Shown here: positions 1 to 9,370 of the stretch, piece by piece | Position numbering within the stretch: the stretch's first letter is position 1 | Layout: each line of letters begins with the position of its first letter | NCBI GenBank assembly: GCA_963719515.1 | Contig: CAVRCJ010000010.1 | Location: forward strand, 64,001-128,000 | DNA from: an uncultured cyanobacterium | GTDB taxonomy: Bacteria > Cyanobacteriota > Cyanobacteriia > CAKZMO01 | DNA length: 64,000 nt | Direction of reading: 5' to 3' | Position numbers and translations under genes: made by a program | The notes under the pieces: model-generated | What the model was told of the DNA's origin: nothing | The model's input: the letters and a program-made list of their open reading frames with translations, nothing else | Databases searched by the model: none

Positions 1-735
1 TTCTCTAAAAAAGCGCAGGACGTTGTCTTTACCGACAATCGGCTTTCGAAAAGGAGGCTGCAGAGCACCATCAGGGGCGAATAGCCCAATGAGAGCGTCG
101 AAATCGTTGGCATTCAGGTTATTCATGTACGACAAGATCGTAGCGTTATCGACCCCTTCGATCTTGACCTTGGTGCGCTTGTTCATATCCTGAGGCGGTT
201 CGACGGGCTCTGAGACGCGGGCTGCTGCGTCCAAATTGCCTTGGTCAAACCCCATATCCAAGACCGAATTTCGGAGCACGGTGATTTGCTGTCCCGACTC
301 GAGGCTTCTGATGTCTTGCAGCACCGCTGAAGCATTGGCAGAGAGCTTGTAGCCCTCCGGAATAGGCGCGACAGACCCATCTGCCATCCACTGACCGAGC
401 TGGTACCAAAACCCTAGCTTGATGTTGGGAGACCAGGAGGCATAGGTTCGACAGAGGGGGGTATCAACCCGGTTCGCCAAGTTACACATTGCCTGAGACT
501 GCTCTTGGAAAGACATTTCTCGGACCTCTTTCAAGGTGCGCTCCGCAAACTGCATGCTGGCAGCACCGAGGGCGACATCTGTAATAGACTTGCCCATTTC
601 CAGGTAGGCAAACCAAATAAGCGCCAGCTGATCCTCAGCGCTGAGCTGGTTAAACCTTGCGATGGTAGCCGGTACAGCGTCGGCTGTTAGCGTGCTGGGA
701 AAGATATTGCGGGCTGATTCGATAGTAAATGGCAT
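1..735 (-). CDS. ocp: Orange carotenoid protein (OCP1-like), 5' part; runs off the left edge of the window
   Basis: Not in the ORF track. Manual translation from ATG 735: MPFTIESARNIFPSTLTADAVPATIARFNQLSAEDQLALIWFAYLEMGK...LCRTYASWSPNIKLGFWYQLG...QQITVLRN...YMNNLNANDF...GALQPPFRKPIVGKDNVLRFFRE, matching the OCP N-terminal domain and the start of the NTF2-like C-terminal domain. Confidence 0.97.
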   Translation of the reverse strand, partial: MPFTIESARNIFPSTLTADAVPATIARFNQLSAEDQLALIWFAYLEMGKSITDVALGAASMQFAERTLKEVREMSFQEQSQAMCNLANRVDTPLCRTYASWSPNIKLGFWYQLGQWMADGSVAPIPEGYKLSANASAVLQDIRSLESGQQITVLRNSVLDMGFDQGNLDAAARVSEPVEPPQDMNKRTKVKIEGVDNATILSYMNNLNANDFDALIGLFAPDGALQPPFRKPIVGKDNVLRFFRE

Positions 736-920
736 GGTGTTGGTTGTGCTCCTTCGTCTGAAAGTTGGTTGATTCTTGTAGGGCTTTATTACTTTTTGTA
801 ACAAAACCTAGCAAAACCTATATATTTACAGTACGGGAGGCTCGTCCTGTTGTAAAGGACGTTAGAGCGCGAGATGCTTAAATGCGGTGAGCAAAATCGC
901 TTCTCAGCCGCCGAGGGGAA

Positions 921-2624
921 CTAATCCACCCTCGGTAGAATTAAATCTACCCCTGATGCCTCTGTCACCAGCTGCCCTAGACGCTGCCGCAGCGTCTCCA
1001 GCCCCAGGCGATCGCGGGCCGACACAAACACCGCATCGGGGTAGAGGGCCTTGGCCGTCTCCAGCACCTCGCTGTCCACCTGGTCCAGTTTGTTAAAAGC
1101 CAGCAGGTTGAGTCCCGGCGTCAGCTCCAGGTCGCCCAAAATCTTCTCCACTGAGTGAATCTGGCTTTGCCAGGCCGGGTGGGACAGATCCACCACATGC
1201 AGCAGCACATCCGCCTCCGTCACTTCCTCCAGGGTGGCGCGAAAGGCGTCCATCAGCGACGGGGGCAGCTCATGGATAAAGCCCACCGTATCGGTAAGCA
1301 CTAGCGGCACGGACTCTCCCGTTTCTGCATGGGGCACGTTCAGCCGCCGGGTCGTGGGGTCCAGGGTTGCAAACAGCTGGTCTGCGGTATAAACCTGGGC
1401 GTTGGTTAGGGCATTGAGCAGCGTCGACTTGCCCGCGTTGGTATAGCCCACCACCGCCACCGAGGTTACCTCCTGGTTTTGACGCTGCTGCCGCAGTCGT
1501 CCCCGGTGGGCCTGCAGCTGATTGACATCCTTCTGCAGCCGGGAGATGCGGCGCTGAATGGTGCGGCGCTCGGTCTCTAGCTTCGTCTCGCCAGGGCCTC
1601 GGGTACCGATACCGCCTCCCAGTCGGGACATGGCCTGACCTCGGCCAATGAGCCGAGGCATCATGTACTCTAACTGCGCCAGCTCCACCTGCAGTTTTCC
1701 CGCTCCGGTCTGGGCCCTTTGGGCGAAGATATCCAGAATCACCTCAGTGCGGTCCACCACGCGGATGCCGATGCGTGATTCTAGATTACGTACCTGAGCG
1801 GGAGAGAGGTCCTGGGCGAATACCACCAGGGTGGCCCCCGTAGTCTGGGCTGCTAAGGTAATTTCCTGGACTTTGCCTGCGCCCACGACGGTCTGCGGAT
1901 GCAGGTGCGATCGCTTCTGAGACAGGGTCTCAATCACATCGCCCCCCGCCGTATCTACCAAGCGTCCCACCTCTGCCAAGCGATCGCTGAAGGCTTGGGC
2001 CGTTAGGCCCTTGGTAACCACCCCGACCACCAAGACCCGGTCGTGGTCGCTGTCCACCTGCTGTGCCACAAACTCGCGGCGGAACTCTTCTTCTAGCCCC
2101 TCAACGAGATCAATAAAGTCCTGGCTAGCGATGTCGTCTAGGGTTGTGGGTGGCGACACTGTCCAGCGCGCTTGAGGGATTAGATGGGCCAAGTAGCCCC
2201 CATCAACGTAGCCCGTACCGCCGCCCCCCCGCCGCTGAAACCCTTCCCCCGACAGCGTCAAAATAGCCAGCGCATCAAGCCGCTGAATAGCCATTGCCGT
2301 CAGGGTGGCCTCACTGGGCGGGTCGGGGGTGCGCTGGGTGGCTAAGCAGCGCAGGCCACAGAGACGCTCCGCGCCATATCGCGGCAGTTCTATTGGGGGG
2401 ATTTGGGTCTGGCGAGGGGAGCCCACCCCTACCCGCACGACATGGCCCCGCCGGTCGACATAGGCGCACAGCGGCTGGTCGACGCTCTGACTGGCAGAGG
2501 CAAGGCGCTGCGCAAATTCGGGCGTGGTAACGCGATCGCGGGGCAGCCGCTGGTGGTAGAGCCGCCGGAGCTGCTTGAGCTGACTGGGTTTGAGACCTTG
2601 GATCTGTCCGTAAATCGTTTCGAT
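921..2624 (-). CDS. hflX: GTPase HflX, cyanobacterial long form; probable non-canonical start near 2624 (ORF track starts at GTG 2438)
   Basis: GYTNAGKST, DQLFATLDPTTR, DTVGF, NKLD and GGGIGTRGPGETKLE motifs. The frame stays open 62 codons upstream of 2438, encoding IETIYGQIQGLKPSQLKQLRRLYHQRLP. Confidence 0.93.
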   Translation of the reverse strand: METIYGQIQGLKPSQLKQLRRLYHQRLPRDRVTTPEFAQRLASASQSVDQPLCAYVDRRGHVVRVGVGSPRQTQIPPIELPRYGAERLCGLRCLATQRTPDPPSEATLTAMAIQRLDALAILTLSGEGFQRRGGGGTGYVDGGYLAHLIPQARWTVSPPTTLDDIASQDFIDLVEGLEEEFRREFVAQQVDSDHDRVLVVGVVTKGLTAQAFSDRLAEVGRLVDTAGGDVIETLSQKRSHLHPQTVVGAGKVQEITLAAQTTGATLVVFAQDLSPAQVRNLESRIGIRVVDRTEVILDIFAQRAQTGAGKLQVELAQLEYMMPRLIGRGQAMSRLGGGIGTRGPGETKLETERRTIQRRISRLQKDVNQLQAHRGRLRQQRQNQEVTSVAVVGYTNAGKSTLLNALTNAQVYTADQLFATLDPTTRRLNVPHAETGESVPLVLTDTVGFIHELPPSLMDAFRATLEEVTEADVLLHVVDLSHPAWQSQIHSVEKILGDLELTPGLNLLAFNKLDQVDSEVLETAKALYPDAVFVSARDRLGLETLRQRLGQLVTEASGVDLILPRVD

Positions 2625-3578
2625 AGGCGTTGAGTCGGTGCGGGGCAGCCGATAAATACAATACCTTTAGTCTAAGCCTTTAGTTTAAATCGGTATTGCG
2701 CTGTTGGTTGAGGAAGGGGCGACGGGAGCCTATCACCGCAAATGACAGTGACATACGCCCCGGGGGCGATCGCCCCTGATAGATACCGCTTCGCTGAACA
2801 CTTGACAAGGATTTTCCTGCGTGGCTTTACGTAGCGCTATCCGCTGGCCACAGAGAGCTGATGACAAAAATTGGAAGGCTCCCCAGCAAATTATCAACAA
2901 GTTCTCTGACTTTATTCCAAATTTTTTCGAATAGTCTTTCAAATTAAACTGCGCTGAGTCTTGTGGCTTATGTGATCTTGTCCCTGTGGAAAGCTCGCAA
3001 ATGGGCTTCAGATTGGACGGCGGTAATCTGGCGCAACCTAGTTTTTACTGATGTTTAATTTTACTACGGAAGAAGTTCCGTCCATTTTGCTAGAAGCAGC
3101 GGCTTAAGAATCAACCTCTGCCTGCGGTGGGTGACTCCTAAATTGGGTTTCACCCCCTTTGCAAATCTTGACTAGCTTAGATATGGTCTAAATGAAAGAG
3201 CAAGTCGCCTGGAAAAATATGCTAGTTAAAGTAGGTTGATTAGCGCTTATGTGAAGCAAGCTATTTCGAGTGACGAGCGCTTTCGAGGCTGACGCCGTTC
3301 AGCATAAGACCTGAGATTCTAGCTGAAGTGAAATAAATTACTTCTCAAAGCGAGAAATATTTTCTAGATAATCTGTTAGCCCGACTCGCGTCCTTTGGCT
3401 TCTAGATGTTCAGCAAATAAAACAAAAACGGCTTCTAAATTTAGAGTGGAGACGTCAGTTTTCTAGATACGCTACCGGACTCAGCTTGTGCCGGCTCACC
3501 TTAAACAGTAAGCCGGTGAAAAAAGAAAGATCAGCTCGCCGCTGTTGCCACTCACCTCGCCTGTAGGACTACGTAAAA

Positions 3579-6500
3579 ATGAGAGATGCTCTAACGGTTG
3601 GCATCAATACCTATCAGTATTTGCCGAAGCTGAAGACTCCAGCTAATGACGCGAATGCGATCGCCACTTTATTGGAGCAATACGGTAGCTTTCGCGTCCA
3701 GCGCCTGCCCGAGGTCATCCGTGAAGAGCGGGCTACCGTCGGACGACGAACGCCGGTTACTCTTCCAGAGTTAGAGTCGGCTTTGATTCGCCTGTTTAAG
3801 CCCCCCGGTTCTAATGTGCCCCAAACGGCATTGTTTTACTTCTCAGGGCACGGCATTCAGCGGCATGCAGGCATTCGGGAGGGTTATTTGGCCCTGTCGG
3901 ACTCTCAACCTGAGGCCGGGGCAGCGGGGCTGTCGCTATTTTGGCTGCGGCGACTGCTGCAGGAAAGCCCAGTTCGGCAGCGCATCGTCATTCTAGACTG
4001 CTGTCACAGTGGCGAATTACTCACCTTCCTAGAGGCCGATCCCGGAGCGCGGCCTGGCACCGACCGTATGTTTATGGTGGCCTGCCGGGAGTACGAAGCG
4101 GCCTATGAGTCTCTCACCAGTGATCACAGCATCTTTACCGAGGCCATCTTGAGTGGGCTTGATCCTCGCTGCCATGCTGCGGGCCGCGTCACCAACTACT
4201 CCCTCACGAGCGGGGCGAATCGAGCGCTCCAAGGGCAGCCCCAGCAGCCCCTCTTCGAGAATTCGGGGGGAGAAATTCTGCTCACCGCTAGCAGCACTCA
4301 GCTACGGGCTCGGTCTGATGGGGACGACTACTGCCCCTATCCAGGGCTGGCTCCGTTTGATAGCGGTCACGCCGACTATTACTTTGGGCGGGAGAAGCTC
4401 ACCCGCACGCTCATCGACGAAGTGATTACGCGCCCGCTGGTGACGCTCATTGGTCCTTCGGGCTGCGGCAAATCTTCCCTACTGCGGGCGGGGCTGATGG
4501 CTCAGCTGCGCCGGGGCCAGGCCTTTCCCGAGAGCGATCGCTGGCGCGTGCGGCTGATGGTGCCAGGCGATCGCCCCCTCAAGCAGCTGGCCGCCGCTTT
4601 CATTGACCCTGACAGCACTGGACTTGAGCGGGCCGAGCAGCTGCGACGGGCGGAGGGGTTTTTGCAGGACGGCGGCCCAGGGCTGACCCAACTCCTGCGC
4701 GGCAGCCTGCTGAAAGAAAGCGCCAGCGGCTTGGGGCCACGTCCACGATTTGTGCTCGTGATCGATCAGTTTGAAGAGCTGTTTACCCTGTGCCACAGCG
4801 ATCGCAGTCAAGCCGAGCGGCGGCAGATGATTGATGCGCTATTGCATGCGCTGCGGGAGGCCCAAAGCTGTTTTCGCGTCGTTGTGGGGCTGCGAGCAGA
4901 CTTTTTGGGCCGCTGCCTCCAAGATGATGCCTTGGCGGCGGCGATGACGCCAGGACTGCTGCGGGTGCTTCCCCTATCCTACGAGCAGCTCAAAGCAGCT
5001 ATTCTCAAGCCTGCTCAAAAAGTAAACCTCTATTGCGAACCCCACCTTGTGTACGCCATGCTGTTTGACATCGTTGGTGCGCCGGGGGAGCTACCGCTGC
5101 TGCAGTACACGCTGCGCCAGCTGTGGCAGCAGCGTCAGCAAAATACGCTCACCCAAGCAGCCTACACGGCTTTGGACGGCGTTCACGGCATCCTGCACAC
5201 CCGCGCCTCCCAGGTGTTTGACCATCTCTCGGTAACCCAGCAGGACATTGCGAAGTGCATTTTCCTGGCGCTCACCCAGCTGGGGGACGGCACCGAAGAC
5301 ACGCGGCGGCGGGTGGCAAAATCCCATCTGCTGCAGCTGGCTTACGCGCCCCGAGCCATCGAAGAAACCCTAGAAATCTTGGTGAACGAGAAGCTTATTA
5401 TCACAAGTCATCGAGACCTAGACTGCTCTGAGGGAAAGACTCTGGAGGGCCACCGCGAAACGGTGGATATTGCCCATGAAGCCCTAATTCGCCGCTGGCC
5501 GCTATTGCAGGGGTGGTTGGACGAAAATCGGGACATGCTGCGGCGGCAGCGAAGTCTGGAGCAGGCGGCAACGGTCTGGTATCAAGCCGGGCAGCCTGAC
5601 CATGTAGAGTATCTGCTTCAGGGGAGTCGCCTTCTCGACGCCGAAGAATTTCTTCACCAGCCCAACTATAAGCCTACTCGCCTAGTCAAGCAGTACGTCG
5701 CCCTCAGCCGCGCCACCAACCAGCGATCGCATTGGGAGCGGCGACGACTGCAGTTTGCTCTGCCCTGCATTATTCTGATGGCCTTGGTCGCCGGCTTTTC
5801 TCAGTACTATGGCGCGGCGAGGGCACGCTCAATTCAGACGGCACAGCTGCGCCAGCTGCAGTCACGAGAGCAGGCGGCAATCGCTCAAGATCTGCTCGAT
5901 GACCCCACCAGTGATCCGACGACGGCGCTGCTCATCGGCGCGCTGGCCCTCGAGAGTGCCCCCACCCCCGCCGCGCAGACCAGCGTTCGCCAGGCGCTGG
6001 CACAGCTTCCGCTCCAGACTCTATCGCTGGACTCAGGGCCAATTACCCAGATTGCGGCTGATGCCGGGCAGCTGGCGATCGCTAGCGCTGATGACACCAT
6101 TCGCTTGTGGTCTTCCCGTCGCCGGGGGCTGCAGCGCCCTAATCATCGCGCTGCAGCACAGCAGCTCTCGGCTCCGGACTATTTGCTCTCGGCCTCTCGG
6201 TCGCCGCTTGACCCTGAGGCCAAAGCTGTGACCCATCTCGCCTTTAGCGCCGATGGGTCAGCGCTAGTCGCCGCCACTGAATCGGTGACGGGCAGCACTT
6301 TAATTCGCCTGTGGTCTACTGATGGGGTGCTGCTGCATGAGCAGGACATCGACAGCCCTGTGACGGCGCTGGCGGTCAGCCCAACGGGGCGCTGGGTGGC
6401 AGCGGCAACTGCGGATAGCCTGCTGGTGTGGGAGCCTCAGAATAAGGTGGCAGAACTCGCCGCAAAGCCACTTTCCAAGATCAAAGCGCTACAGTTCCAG

Positions 6501-7952
6501 AGCGATACCGCCCTAGTCTCATTTAGCGGCCAGACTCTCCACCACTGGCGGCTCGGTTCGTCACCTTCTCTTCAGGAAACCCAGCAATTAGAGCCCCCTG
6601 GTGCTGCAGGTCCTGGCGCTACTCACTCTAGTTTTGCTCGTTTCAGCGCCGATGCGTCTCAGATCGCCGTTTCATCTCAGGAGGTCGGTCACCTCAACAT
6701 TTGGCAGACTTCTACCGGAGCGGTCCGGACGGTGACCTCTAGCCTGGGAGGTGATATGGCCTGTGCCGGGTCGCGGTTCCAGCGGATAGACCGCAACCAC
6801 CGCTATACGGCGACCGTTGTGTCAGACGCAGCGCAGCGCTACCTTTGCGTTAAGCCCCTAGAGCATCCCCAGTCTCTCGCCTTTAGGCTGGACGACGCAC
6901 CGACCGCGATCGCCTTTAGTGAGCAGGGGGATTACCTTTTAACAGGAGATGTGTCTGGCACGGTACGCATCTGGTCTTTAGGGGGAGGAGAGCTGCCAAC
7001 TATTGCGGCAGTTGAGCCGGTCCGCTGGATTCGCTTTCAGCCCCAGGCCACCCTGACTCAGCAGGGTCTACAGAGTATCGGAGTAGCCAGCGACCTGAAT
7101 CTCATCTCTCCCCCACCGGGCCCCGCTCGGCTCGTGGGAGTTACCGACGGGGGTGACGTGAGCTATCGCGTTGCAGCTGGGCTGACCGCGCTGCTGACCC
7201 CTTCCCCTCCCGCCGCACCCGCGCAGGATACCGCAGACCGGGCGATCGCCACAGCTCCTATCGCCTGGAGCGCGGACGGTGATCAAAAACTGATTCCCCA
7301 AGGGAAAACAGTGCATCTTAAGGAGGTTTCTTCAGGGGAAGAATTCCAGCTAGAACACGAGTCTGACGTCTTGGCGGCTCACTTTAGCCAAGAGGGCGCT
7401 TGGATTGTGACGGTTGAGGCCAGCCGAGCGACCCTCTGGAATACTGTGTCGCGGCAGATTGCCCATCGGTTCGAGCATGACGCTGAAGGTAAGCTCACTG
7501 CTGCGGCAGCAGATGCCAAACAAGGGCGCTTTGCGCTCGGCGACAACACCGGTAAGATTCACCTTTGGGATACCGCTCAGGGACGCCTTCTGGCGCGCTT
7601 TCAGGCTCATACTTCCGCCCTCTCTGCCCTAGCCCTCAGCCCAGACGGTAAGAGTCTGGCCAGCGCCGATCGCAGGGGTCAAGCTAGCCTGTGGCAGCGC
7701 TCGACCGAGGACGGAGTCGCCCAGCCGCTTGAGCTGGCGCATGGCGACAGCCCCTTTGTTCAACTTGCTTTTAGCCCCACTGGAGACTATCTGGCGCTGT
7801 TGGACCAGATGGGACAAATTCACCTGCGCGTTGGCCGCCCCGAGCCACTGAGACAGCTGTCCCAAGACCGGGCTGGGCGATCGCTCACGGCGCGAGAATG
7901 TCGGCAGCATTTGGTACCGACAGTGGACTGTCAACGGCTAGACGGCGAGTAG
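3579..7952 (+). CDS. Caspase-like (peptidase C14) - nSTAND1 NTPase - transmembrane helix - WD40 repeat protein
   Basis: FYFSGHG and ILDCCHSG (His/Cys dyad), CPYPGLAPF...FGRE, Walker A GPSGCGKSS, Walker B IDQFEELF, HEALIRRW, hydrophobic FALPCIILMALVAGF, repeated xxxW WD40 ends. Confidence 0.88.
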   Translation: MRDALTVGINTYQYLPKLKTPANDANAIATLLEQYGSFRVQRLPEVIREERATVGRRTPVTLPELESALIRLFKPPGSNVPQTALFYFSGHGIQRHAGIREGYLALSDSQPEAGAAGLSLFWLRRLLQESPVRQRIVILDCCHSGELLTFLEADPGARPGTDRMFMVACREYEAAYESLTSDHSIFTEAILSGLDPRCHAAGRVTNYSLTSGANRALQGQPQQPLFENSGGEILLTASSTQLRARSDGDDYCPYPGLAPFDSGHADYYFGREKLTRTLIDEVITRPLVTLIGPSGCGKSSLLRAGLMAQLRRGQAFPESDRWRVRLMVPGDRPLKQLAAAFIDPDSTGLERAEQLRRAEGFLQDGGPGLTQLLRGSLLKESASGLGPRPRFVLVIDQFEELFTLCHSDRSQAERRQMIDALLHALREAQSCFRVVVGLRADFLGRCLQDDALAAAMTPGLLRVLPLSYEQLKAAILKPAQKVNLYCEPHLVYAMLFDIVGAPGELPLLQYTLRQLWQQRQQNTLTQAAYTALDGVHGILHTRASQVFDHLSVTQQDIAKCIFLALTQLGDGTEDTRRRVAKSHLLQLAYAPRAIEETLEILVNEKLIITSHRDLDCSEGKTLEGHRETVDIAHEALIRRWPLLQGWLDENRDMLRRQRSLEQAATVWYQAGQPDHVEYLLQGSRLLDAEEFLHQPNYKPTRLVKQYVALSRATNQRSHWERRRLQFALPCIILMALVAGFSQYYGAARARSIQTAQLRQLQSREQAAIAQDLLDDPTSDPTTALLIGALALESAPTPAAQTSVRQALAQLPLQTLSLDSGPITQIAADAGQLAIASADDTIRLWSSRRRGLQRPNHRAAAQQLSAPDYLLSASRSPLDPEAKAVTHLAFSADGSALVAATESVTGSTLIRLWSTDGVLLHEQDIDSPVTALAVSPTGRWVAAATADSLLVWEPQNKVAELAAKPLSKIKALQFQSDTALVSFSGQTLHHWRLGSSPSLQETQQLEPPGAAGPGATHSSFARFSADASQIAVSSQEVGHLNIWQTSTGAVRTVTSSLGGDMACAGSRFQRIDRNHRYTATVVSDAAQRYLCVKPLEHPQSLAFRLDDAPTAIAFSEQGDYLLTGDVSGTVRIWSLGGGELPTIAAVEPVRWIRFQPQATLTQQGLQSIGVASDLNLISPPPGPARLVGVTDGGDVSYRVAAGLTALLTPSPPAAPAQDTADRAIATAPIAWSADGDQKLIPQGKTVHLKEVSSGEEFQLEHESDVLAAHFSQEGAWIVTVEASRATLWNTVSRQIAHRFEHDAEGKLTAAAADAKQGRFALGDNTGKIHLWDTAQGRLLARFQAHTSALSALALSPDGKSLASADRRGQASLWQRSTEDGVAQPLELAHGDSPFVQLAFSPTGDYLALLDQMGQIHLRVGRPEPLRQLSQDRAGRSLTARECRQHLVPTVDCQRLDGE

Positions 7953-8030
7953 TGACCCCATAGCGTACGGTTTTACGGTGCCCTGCCTTGCCGCATCTCA
8001 CGTTGCGGCATCCTCCCGCCAGCATTGCCC

Positions 8031-8684
8031 TTAGCAATACTGGCTGACGTCCTCATCGCAGTCGTCCGCCAGGTAAGTCAGCGCCCGAAACCGCAGGCCC
8101 ACAAGCTGCTCATAGAGGGGATTGAGCTTGCACATGGGGGGAATGTGAACCAGCTTGTGGCCGAAGAGCTTGACGTCGCGCTCAAAGGGACACTGGGGCG
8201 GGATCATTTTGCACAGGAAACGGGCAACGCCGGGACTCTCGATATCGAGCTGGTCGAGCCACGCTCTTACGGGACGAAGCGGCTCAAGGCTGGACTGAAG
8301 ATCCGACGCTCCGCCCTCACTGGGAAGGGTAAGGCGCAGGTGATCAAGAACGTCGGTCGGCTGGTTCATCGCGTCGCAGAACTGCCGCAGAACGCGGTCT
8401 TCTGCTGGGGAGTAAACGCCATCGGCGATCGCGACCATGACGGCGGTGCGCATAAAATTTTCAACCCTCTCTTTGTCAGGGCCGATAATCTCGGCTAGGG
8501 CCTGAGGCTCGATGACCTCTAGGGTCTCAGGGTTGGCGCGTGGGGCAATTTCCGCTTGAGCTAGTGACAGGATGACATCTTGCTCTTCGTCATTAAATTG
8601 GCCATCGGCCCAGGCAACAGTTGAGAGGCCTCTAAGCCATGCAGAGGTTTGCTCACGGGTGTAAGCGTAGGTAATATTCGTCAT
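8031..8684 (-). CDS. TerB-like plus Mo-dependent nitrogenase C-terminal domain family protein
   Basis: Two TerB-like motifs (AWADG, AIADG); C-terminal IPPQCPFERD...IPPMCKLNPLYEQLVGLRFRAL. Confidence 0.85.
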   Translation of the reverse strand: MTNITYAYTREQTSAWLRGLSTVAWADGQFNDEEQDVILSLAQAEIAPRANPETLEVIEPQALAEIIGPDKERVENFMRTAVMVAIADGVYSPAEDRVLRQFCDAMNQPTDVLDHLRLTLPSEGGASDLQSSLEPLRPVRAWLDQLDIESPGVARFLCKMIPPQCPFERDVKLFGHKLVHIPPMCKLNPLYEQLVGLRFRALTYLADDCDEDVSQYC

Positions 8685-8965
8685 CAGACTGTATCCGTGT
8701 GGTGTACTGGCTGGATTGGTCTCAATCTAAGCGTGCGGATGAAGTGCTCGAAAATCACTTCTGCCAACGACTCTTGCGTATTTTGATTGCTCGCTACGAT
8801 TCTAGCGCTGGTTTTTTAGTTTGGCTGCCCTTGAGCCAAGCTGCGGCGACAGCTCGACCCAAAGACTAGCCTTTTCTAGCTTAGAGTTAGCCTACTCAAA
8901 AAACGTTTAGCGATAACCGTCCAGCGAGATCCTTAGCACGATCTACCCTTGGACTTAAACAGACC

Positions 8966-9370
8966 TTAGAAATCGTCTAGCTCTGCTGGGTCAATTTGTC
9001 GGCGCATCTCGGCAATGGTCTGCGCGGGAGCCGTCGCCACCATCGGCATGCCTCCGTTGTGGCTCAAGATGTTTTGCCTAGGGGGCGGGGTGATGAAAGC
9101 CGCCGAATCTCCAATGCCATAGCGCTGCTGAATTTGAAAGATACGAAACTGAAGCTCTTCCACTGCAGTCGCCGCTAAGTTTTGCAGCTGAGCGGGCTCG
9201 AGGTCATCTTCTAGCACCCAGGGCATGTAGAACGCTTTGAGCGCCCTCAAAGTTGCATCTCGGGGCGGCAAGATGGGGTCTTCTTTGAGATAGTTCACCA
9301 GCTTTCCATCCATGGAGCTAACCTCAGCATCGATGCGGATGCTGATGCGCTCGCGCTTTGGCTTACTCAT
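8966..9370 (-). CDS. Small ParR-like adaptor protein, translationally coupled to the ParM-like gene
   Basis: ATGA overlap with the upstream actin-like gene; basic beta-strand-like N-terminus (KRERISIRID) followed by helices; low-complexity acidic tail. ParR role inferred from position. Confidence 0.6.
   Translation of the reverse strand: MSKPKRERISIRIDAEVSSMDGKLVNYLKEDPILPPRDATLRALKAFYMPWVLEDDLEPAQLQNLAATAVEELQFRIFQIQQRYGIGDSAAFITPPPRQNILSHNGGMPMVATAPAQTIAEMRRQIDPAELDDF

Noticed and set aside
780..835. NtcA or RpaB (HLR1) site upstream of ocp
   Set aside because: GTA-N8-TAG is not the NtcA consensus, and GTTACAAA-NN-GTAATAAA is only a half match to HLR1; too weak to call
2311..2661. Frameshifted hflX 5' part (116-aa ORF)
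   Set aside because: The true hflX frame is continuous; this ORF is an alternative-frame shadow
8031..8684. Nitrogen fixation gene
   Set aside because: The domain name is historical; there are no nif motifs or nif neighbours
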